A DNA stretch of 64,000 nt from an uncultured Eubacteriales bacterium. Lineage in GTDB: Bacteria; Bacillota; Clostridia; Oscillospirales; Oscillospiraceae. The notes below the pieces were generated by a model, which did no database searches, had not been told where the DNA came from, and saw only the letters and a program-made list of their open reading frames with translations. Below are positions 17,608 to 26,100 of the stretch, piece after piece. The position numbers and the translations under genes are program-made. The first letter of the stretch is position 1; every line of letters begins with the position of its first letter. The DNA lies in assembly GCA_900316205.1 (NCBI GenBank), contig ONBX01000001.1:83373-147372 (forward strand), read 5' to 3'.

Positions 17608-18243
17608 TCAAGCGCTTTCGTATTCAAACAATACTTTCTTTTTCCCCATGGGGGAGACGCTGCGGATCGTGATCCAGCTGAAAGCCTCTGCGTACTGCTC
17701 CTCGTCAAAATCCAGGTCGGTGTTTGCACGGAAGGACTCCAGATCCGGGTCGTTTTCAATTTCGATTTGGAGGCGAACCGGATTTTTCGTCCGTTGGCGG
17801 AAGAACAGAGCATCCTCCTGCGCCGCCTCAGGCTCCTCCGCGGTCACCGCGTCATAGCCATGGAGCCGACCGTCGAAGAGAACGCTGCTGCGGCCGCAGG
17901 AAGAGCAGCGGCAGCGGACCACGGTATGGAGCGTAAGCTGGGGCCCCGGCGGGACCGGGATCTCCTCTTTCTCGCCGTTCTCTTTCGCCTCGGACAGATG
18001 ATTCCAATAGTGGCAGTTCTCCCCGTCATAGGTCAGGGAGAGCCCATAGGGACAGCCTGAAAAAAGTGGCTTGACGGCCTTTTCGTGGGCGCGCTCCGCG
18101 GCTTTCTCTTTTGGACTGAGGTCGCTTTCCTCCAGGGTAAAGAGCGTTTCGCCGCAGGGGCAGCGAAGGAAAAAGCGTAGTTTCTCCCCGTGGCCGTCTG
18201 TGTTCTCTGCCATCTCCCGCAGATGTGTGGGGATCGGGATCAT
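17608..18243 (-). CDS. Hypothetical Cys-rich protein (no family recognised)
   Basis: Coding-like ORF. ATG 18243 lies 8 nt after GGAGG (the track uses GTG 18252) and sits just upstream of (two nt before) the NUDIX stop codon (18245-18247). Contains CPCG and CRCSSCG motifs plus an acidic C-terminal half. Confidence 0.6.
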   Translation of the reverse strand: MIPIPTHLREMAENTDGHGEKLRFFLRCPCGETLFTLEESDLSPKEKAAERAHEKAVKPLFSGCPYGLSLTYDGENCHYWNHLSEAKENGEKEEIPVPPGPQLTLHTVVRCRCSSCGRSSVLFDGRLHGYDAVTAEEPEAAQEDALFFRQRTKNPVRLQIEIENDPDLESFRANTDLDFDEEQYAEAFSWITIRSVSPMGKKKVLFEYESA

Positions 18244-18244
18244 C

Positions 18245-18724
18245 TCATGCACCTCCCCGAATTGTCTTTCCGTTCAGCACGGCCTCCGCCAGACGAGCAC
18301 ACTCGTAGCGCAGCTTCAGGGAAAAGAACGGCGCGTCCTTGTCCAGCAGCCGGAGGAAGATCTTGTCTCCCTCCCAGATGGGCAGGGAGAGGAGCTTTTC
18401 CCGGTCGATCCATTCCAGCTCGCCCTCGTCGCAGTCCTGCCGCAGCGCGCCCTCCCAGGCGTCGGCGGTGAAGAGGTGCATGTACTCCGTGCCCCATTCA
18501 TCGGAGACGAAGGTGACGATGCCCCGGTAGCGCCAGCTTGTGAGGGTGAGCCCCGTCTCTTCCCGGACCTCCCGCAGCAGACAGTCCTCCGGGCTTTCGC
18601 CCTCCTCAAACTTGCCGCCGATGCCGATCCATTTGTCCTTGTTTTCGTCCACTTCCTTTTTCACCCGGTGGAGCATCAGGTAGTCCCGGCCCCGTTCCAG
18701 GTAGCACAGCGTGGTGTTTCTCAT
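18245..18724 (-). CDS. NUDIX hydrolase (MutT-like)
   Basis: Nudix box GGKFEEGESPEDCLLREVREETGL. ATG 18724 forms an ATGA overlap with the upstream YibE/F stop. Confidence 0.85.
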   Translation of the reverse strand: MRNTTLCYLERGRDYLMLHRVKKEVDENKDKWIGIGGKFEEGESPEDCLLREVREETGLTLTSWRYRGIVTFVSDEWGTEYMHLFTADAWEGALRQDCDEGELEWIDREKLLSLPIWEGDKIFLRLLDKDAPFFSLKLRYECARLAEAVLNGKTIRGGA

Positions 18725-19899
18725 GCCTTTTTCCTCCGATCCAGCCACAGAGCGCTCACCGCCGCCGTAAGGGGGATGGCCAAAATCATGCCGATGCTGC
18801 TGGAAATGCCGCTGATGACCTCAATGGCGAGATACGCCGAGGGCAGCAGCTGATAGCGGGAGAGCCCGAGGGAGTAGAGGTACAGGATCAGGGTGAAGGA
18901 GCTTCCGAGGAAGGCAAGGATCAGGGTGTTGGTCATGGTGCCCACCAGGTCCTGGCCGATGTTCATGCCGGAGTGGAAGAGCCGCGCAAAGCCCAGCTCG
19001 GGGTTTGCCTGGTGCACTTCTTCCAAGGCGGAGGAGATGCTCATGGCCACGTCCATCACCGCGCCCAGGGCGCTGATGACGACGCCCGCCACCAGCAGCC
19101 CCCGGAGGCCGATGGGGGTCCCGGTCTGCCTTAGCTGCAAAAGCGGCTCCACCTCGCTGATGCGAAGGCCGTCCACCCGGCAGAGGGCCTGGGCCAGAAG
19201 GGCAAAGAGCAGGGCGATGCCGGTGCCCGCAACAGTGCCCAGCATGGCGCAGAGGCTTTTTCGTTCTGTGCCGCCCAGGATCACAAAGCTCACCACCGTG
19301 ATATACACGCAGACCAGAAACACCGTTGGCAGCGTGGGGGCGCCCCGGAGCAGCAGGGGAAGCAGGATATAGAACAGGCACAGCACCGTGATCACCAGGG
19401 CAAGCAAGCTCTTGGCCCCGGTCTTGCGGCCTACCAGCAGTGTCACCCCAAAGAAGAGCAGCAGCACGGTCACAAGTCCCAGGATGCGGTTATACTCGAA
19501 CACCGTTGCCATGATCCGTCCGTCGGAATAGGTGGAGATGATGAGGGCGACCCCGTCGCCCTCTTTCACCGGCACGCCGTAGAGAGGACCCACGAAATTC
19601 TGCACCAGCAGCTGTTTTCCGGTATACTGGCCGCTCTTCACGTCCACCAGCAGCTGCTGCTCGCCCCGATAGCCTCCGTCGGAGGCCTCGTCGGAGAAGG
19701 TGGAGTCGGAGAGTACGGAGACGACCGTACCCTTTTCGTATTCGGCGTAGTCTCCCGCCTGGATCTGCGGGGCAGGGGGCTCCCGCAAAGAAAAGCGTAG
19801 CGCGGCAAAGAGCAGCGCCGCCGCCAGCAGCACCAGCAGGGAAGCCCTGTTCTTTTTGAGCCAGGTCCCGATAGAGAATGAGGGTGCAGTCTTCATCAT
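18721..19899 (-). CDS. YibE/F-family integral membrane protein
   Basis: One N-terminal TM helix, an extracytoplasmic beta-rich segment of about 110 aa, then 6-7 TM helices. Family call from memory of the YibE/F layout. ATG 19899 lies 5 nt after AAGGAG. Confidence 0.55.
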   Translation of the reverse strand: MMKTAPSFSIGTWLKKNRASLLVLLAAALLFAALRFSLREPPAPQIQAGDYAEYEKGTVVSVLSDSTFSDEASDGGYRGEQQLLVDVKSGQYTGKQLLVQNFVGPLYGVPVKEGDGVALIISTYSDGRIMATVFEYNRILGLVTVLLLFFGVTLLVGRKTGAKSLLALVITVLCLFYILLPLLLRGAPTLPTVFLVCVYITVVSFVILGGTERKSLCAMLGTVAGTGIALLFALLAQALCRVDGLRISEVEPLLQLRQTGTPIGLRGLLVAGVVISALGAVMDVAMSISSALEEVHQANPELGFARLFHSGMNIGQDLVGTMTNTLILAFLGSSFTLILYLYSLGLSRYQLLPSAYLAIEVISGISSSIGMILAIPLTAAVSALWLDRRKKA

Positions 19900-20147
19900 G
19901 CACACTCCTTTGATCCGATCTTTTTATTCAGAATAGCAAGATTTTATCGGAGTGTCAAGCAGACGGGCATGCTGCAGTTTACATAACGGAGATGGTAGGA
20001 AAAACGCACAAAAGCAGGACCGAAAATGCGTGAAAAATACCGAAGGCTTTTCGAGAAAAACCGCTTTTCCGATGCTCGTGCCCTGTGTTATAATTACTCT
20101 GTACATTTGCGCGTACGCGCGCGGAAAATAGAGAAGGAGGAACCCCT

Positions 20148-23100
20148 ATGAAGTATCGGAGGACAAGCAGATTCCTCTCCATTGTTCTGCTGGTCGCCAT
20201 GGTGCTTACGCTCATGCCGACCGCAGCCTTTGCAGAGGACAGCGCTGTTACCGAAAGCTGGGAACTGATCGGCGGCGCTGAGGCCATCGAGGCCGCGGCT
20301 GCCGAGAATACCGTGACCGTTACGATGACAACGGAAGACGGAACGACTTATGTTCTCTATAACGGCAACGGGACCAGCTCTGCTCCCACCGGCGTGATCG
20401 CCGAGATTTCCGACGGGAAGCTGTCTCTGGGCGATGTCCCCAGCGACCGCGTCTCCTGGAATATCGAGGCGGAAGATGGCGGCTACACCATTTACAGCGC
20501 CGCGGACAGCAGCACATGGCTTTACAGCACCAATGCGAACAACGGCGTTCGTGTCGGTACCAACACCGCCAAAAAATGGGTAGTTGACAGCAATTACCTG
20601 AAGCATGACGGCACAGGCCGCTTCCTGGGTGTTTATACCAGCAATCCGGACTGGCGCGCCTACACCAGCATCAATACCAACATCACTGGCCAGACCCTGC
20701 AGTTCTGGAAACTGGTGACGGAGGAAGGCGGCGGCACCATCGATCCGCCGGAGCCCACCGAGCCTCCCGAGGAGCCTGTGGAGGAGACCGCGCCCTTCGT
20801 GAAGCTGGATGCTGCCCCCGCAGATGGGGATAAGGTCCTGATCTTCAACCCGGGCAGCGCTGTTGTCATGGGCCTGGAGGATTATTTCTACAACAATACC
20901 AAGCATGAGCTGGCGCCTGTCGCTGCCGCGCTGGACGAGGACGGAAAGCTGACTCCCGCGGAGGGCTATGCCCTGCTGACCGTCAAGCTCACTGAAGATG
21001 GCAAATACAGCTTTGTTAACCAGGACGGCAAGTTCCTGGAAGTGGACGGAACCCACACCCAGTTCGTGGAGACCGAAAGCGCCAATACCCTCTTTCAGCT
21101 GGAGGAGGCCGAGGGCGGTTATTACGTAAAGTGCGATACTGCCGCATACAACGGCAGAGCCCAGTATCTGCAGTATTACTATAATTACTTTACGGTATAC
21201 AGCCTGAACACCAATTATCCTGAGCGTTACGTCTTCGCCTTCTACAAGGAAGCCGAAGAGGAAGAGCCTGCCGCGGAATACAGCACCATCGCTGAGGCCC
21301 TGGCGGCTTCTGAGGGCGAGTTCACCGTCAAGGGCGTTGTGACCCTGCTGGATAACCGGAACGTCTACATTCAGGACGCCACCGGCGGCATCTGCCTGTA
21401 CCTCTCCGCCGCGCCCACGGACCTTGCCCTGGGCGATACGGTGATCGGCACCGGCAGCCGGACTGTCTACCGCGGCCTGCCGGAGCTGGGCAGCGCGACC
21501 TATGAAAAGTCCAGCGGTCTCACGCTGACGGCGAAGGAGACCAGCATCGGCGCGCTGAGCACGGCGGACGTCTGCACCTATGTGAAACTCACGGGCCTCA
21601 CCGTCACCGAGGTCTATGACAATAACGGCGCCTATTCCGCCCCCAACATCACGCTGAAGGACGAAAACGGCGGCACCATCCAGATCTACAAGGCTGTTGT
21701 CGGCAAGACCGACGGCGTGTGGGATCTGGCTGTGGATGACGTGATCGACTTCACCGGCGCTGTTGGCATCAACAACAGCACCCTGCAGCTGCGCAACACC
21801 CTGGCTACTGAGATCACCAAGGCGGAAACGCCTGTAGAGCCCGCCTACAGCACCATCGCTGAGGCGCTGGCCGCCACTGAGGGTGAGTTTACCGTCAAGG
21901 GCGTTGTGACCCTGCTGGATAACCGGAACGTCTACATCCAGGACGCCACCGGCGGCATCTGCCTGTACCTCTCCGCCGCGCCCACGGACCTTGCCCTGGG
22001 CGATACGGTGATCGGCACCGGCACCCGGACTGTCTACCGTGGCCTGCCGGAACTGGGAAGCGCGACCTATGAAAAGTCCTCCGGTCTCACGCTGACGGCA
22101 AAGGAGACCAGCATCGGCGCACTGACCACGGCGGACGTCTGCAGCTACGTGAAGCTCACGGGCCTCACCGTGACTGAGGTCTATGACAATAACGGGGCCT
22201 ATTCCGCTCCCAACATCACCGTCAAAGACGAGACCGGCGCCACCATCCAGATCTACAAGGCCGTGGTCGGCAAGACCGACGGCGTGTGGGATCTGGCTGT
22301 GGACGACGTGATCGACTTCACCGGCGCGGTTGGCATCAACAACAGCACCCTGCAGCTGCGCAACACTCTGGCCGAGGAGATCAGCCGCAAGACGGAGACC
22401 AAGACCGGCCTTGTCACCGATCTGGCCGACCTGACCGACGGGTCCTATGTAGTCATTTATAACCCTGGCCACAGCCTGGCGATCAGCTCCGAGACCTATC
22501 AGGACTGGTATCTGCTGGGCGCCGCCGCCACCATTGAGGACGGCCAGACCATCGAGCCCGCGGCGAACCTCGTCTGGAAGGTCTCCGTCAATGCGGACGG
22601 CTCCTATACCTTCACCCAGGACAACTACACTGTCGCTGCCTGGCTGAGCGGTACCTACGTGGAGCTCACCAACAACGCTTCGTATAATACCGAGACTGCC
22701 TCCGGATGGAACCTGGAGACCTGCAATGCCGAGAACGGCACCTTCTACGTCTCCAGCAGCAGCCTTAGCACCAGCTACGGCAAGGCTTATATCGAGGCCT
22801 ACTACAAAAAGCAGGTCAGCGGCGATACCTTCTGCGGCTACTCCACCGGCGTGGAGAAGCTCACGGAGAAGGATTACGGCCTGCAGTTCTATCTGGTGGC
22901 CGCTCCCGAAGGTGGGGACACCCCCGTTGAGCCCAGCGGCAGCACCTACGGCCTTGCCTCCACGCTCAACGACGGCGACACCGTGATCCTCTACAACGCC
23001 GCCAACAAGGTGGCGCTGGGCAACACCGTTGCCAGCCACAAGATCACCGGCGTCTCCCTGACCCCGGAAAACGGCGTCATCACCACCGATGAGGAAGCCG

Positions 23101-26100
23101 TTGCGTGGACCGTCACCGTCAACGCTGACGGCACCTATACCTTCAAGCAGGGCGAGAAGACCCTGGGCGGCGTGGTCAGCGGGACCTACAACAACCTGGT
23201 TCCCACCGACGCCAGCTTCGTGAACTGGACCCTCACCGGCCCGGACGCCGAGGACTTCAACTATTACCTGTATCTGGACGAGATGGAGTCCAGCTACGGC
23301 AAGGTCTATCTGGAGTACTACAACGGCTTCACCCTCTACGGCAGCAGCAGTCCGGACAAGACCGCCTACGGCATCACCTTCTACAAGCAGGGCGCCGAGG
23401 CTGAGACCCCCTCCGGCGGCGAGGAGCCAGCGGAAGGCGATATCGCGGTCGGTACCCTAGTCACCAGCCTTGATCAGCTCACCGACGGCGCCACCGTGCT
23501 CATCTACAGCCCCACCCACAAGACCGCTGCCAGCTCTGTTCCCAACGGCGACTGGTACATCAAGGCCGAAGGCCCCATCACCGACAGCTTCACCGCGCCT
23601 CTGGTCTGGACCGTGACGAAGAATGCCGATGGCTCCTTCCGCTTCGCAAACGGGGAGAACATCCTCTCCGCCTGGCCCAGCGGCAACTATGTGGAGCTCA
23701 CCGTGAACGCCGCCTACAACAGCGAAACGGTCAGCGACTGGAGCATTGCCCAGTGCAATGCCGCCACCCACACCTGGTACATCTCCAGCACCACCCTGAA
23801 GGTGAACGACAGGACCGCCTATGTGGAGGCCTATCTCCGCAATGGCACCGAGGTCTTCTCCGGTTACGCCACCAATTCTCCCTCCGAGGACAACTACGGC
23901 CTGCAGTTCTACCTGGTGGATCCCGCTGACGCCTCTTCCGAGACCGATGACGGCACCTGGGACGGCGTGCTCACCAAGGGGGCGCAGTATGTTGTCTACA
24001 ATGCCAGCGCCGAGGGCGTGCTGGGCATCCCCAATGACATGGGCAACGCTCTGACCCTGGTTGCCGCCTCCATTGAGGGCGGCAAGGCCAAGGTGGCAAA
24101 CGGCGCCATGGTCTTCACCGTGGCGGATAACCCGGGCCGCTACTATGTCTTCGAGGCTGGCGGCAAGTACCTTGCCACCAACAACGCCGAGGAGCTCTTC
24201 TTCAAGGATGAGATCGACGAGTACACCAAATGGTATCTCACCAAGAACGGTTCCGGCTATCTGCTCTACAATAAGACCGCCAACTACAACGGCACCCCCG
24301 TCTGCATCGAGTTCTTCTCCGGCTTCTTCTCCGGCTGGACCTTCAAGAGCACCGACGCCGATATCTTCCGCTTCAACTTCTATCCCCTGGCGGATGACAC
24401 CGCTGTGGTGGACGGCGTGGCCCAGGTGCCCACCGTGAACTTCGCCTGCGAGGACAGCCGCTACATCGAGCAGGACTACGAGGTCAAGTTCAGCCTGGAT
24501 GATCTGGCCCCCGAGATCACCGACATCGCTGTCACCTACACCATCGGCGACAAGACCGAGAAGGTGCAGGAGATGAGCTTTGCGAACAAGACCGGCTCCT
24601 TCATCCTGCCCGCCTCCGTGCTGGACGCTTCCGGCGTCATCGCGTCCTTCACCATCACCGTGAGCGTGACGAACAGCTACGGCCTCAGCTATACCGGCGA
24701 AAAGACCGTTACGGTTGTGGACGAGCCCTTCATCGGCAAGCTCACGCCTGCCGCCAACGCCCAGACCCTGGAGGACAAGCGCCCCGTCATCTCCGCCGAG
24801 ATCGGCAACGTGGGTGAGAATGCCGTCTTCACCATGACCGTGAACGACGAACCCGTGGAGGCTGTCTTCGCCGACGGCATCCTGCGCTACCAGGCCGCCG
24901 AGGACATGGCCGACGGCCGCTACACCGTCATCGTCACCGTGGAGCGCGCCGACGGCAAGGCTGCCGAAAAGATGTGGAGCTTCTACGTGGGCAAGGCCCA
25001 GTTCCAGCTCTTCTTCGGCCAGCTGCACTCCCACACCACCTACTCTGACGGCTCCGGTTCCCTGGAAGCCGCGCTGGACTACATCTCCGCCATCCCCAAG
25101 AGCGCCAACGTCCAGTTTGTGGCCTTCACCGACCACTCCAACTACTTCGATTCCACCTCCGCCGCGAACCCCGAGGAAGCTCTCTATGACGTGAGCCAGA
25201 TGACCGCGGCCAGCAAGGCCACCTGGGACAGCTACAAGCAGACTGTCGCAGACTTCAACGCCAATTCCAGCGATCTCATCGCCATTGCCGGCTTTGAGAT
25301 GACCTGGTCCGGCGGCCCCGGCCATATCAACACCTTCAACAGCCCCGGCATCGTCTCCCGCAACAACGCCACCCTGAACAACAAGACCAACGACGCCGGC
25401 ATGAAGGCCTACTACGCCCTGCTGGACAACGAGGCGCTTTCCGATGCGCTCAGCCAGTTCAACCACCCGGGGAAGACCTTCGGCAACTTCACCGACTTCT
25501 CCTACTGGGATGCCGTCACCGACAGCCGCATCTTCCTGGTGGAGGTCGGCAACGGCGAGGGTCAGATCGGTGCCGGCGGCTACTATCCCAGCTATGAGCA
25601 GTACATCATGGCGCTGGATAAGGGCTGGCACGTCGGCCCCACCAACAACCAGGATAACCACAAGGGCCGCTGGGGCAACGCCAACGACGCCCGCGACGTT
25701 ATCTACACCGATGACTTCTCCGAGCAGGGCCTGTATGACGCCATCCGCCAGTACCGCATCTACGCCACCGAGGATAAAAACCTGGAGATCCAGTACAGCG
25801 TCAACGGTGAGCCTCTCGGCACCATCTTCTCCGAGATCCCCGAGGAGCTGGCCTTCTCCGTGTCCCTCTATGATCCCGACAGCAGCGATTCCATCACCAA
25901 GGTGGAGCTGGTCGCCAACTCCGGCGCCGTTGCCTACACCTGGGATGACGTGAACGAGATCAAGACCGGCCTTCTGGAGACCACCCTTGCTCCCACCTAC
26001 AGCTACTACTTTGTCCGCGTCACCCAGGCCGACGGCGATCTGGCCGTCACCGCCCCTGTGTGGGTGGGCGAGAGCCTGAAGCTGGGCATCTCCGCGGTGG

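Noticed and set aside
20109-20120. Perfect palindrome GCGCGTACGCGC in the leader of the giant gene.
   Set aside because: It is short, GC-rich and expected by chance in this composition. I have no supporting second copy or conservation evidence.
20094-23039. A 981-aa antisense ORF opposite the 5' part of the giant gene. The track also lists similar long antisense or shadow ORFs, for example 820..2130, 2348..4225, 4585..6396, 6517..8181, 8413..9771, 9654..10733, 11974..13866, 14457..15599, 35771..36649, 36719..38107, 38331..40427, 40175..41506, 43524..44690, 46276..47586, 48193..49269, 56127..57275, 57891..59945, 60671..61966 and 62569..63855.
   Set aside because: Each overlaps a gene with clear family motifs on the other strand or frame. 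All show low-complexity Arg/Gly/Ala/His-rich translations with no motifs.
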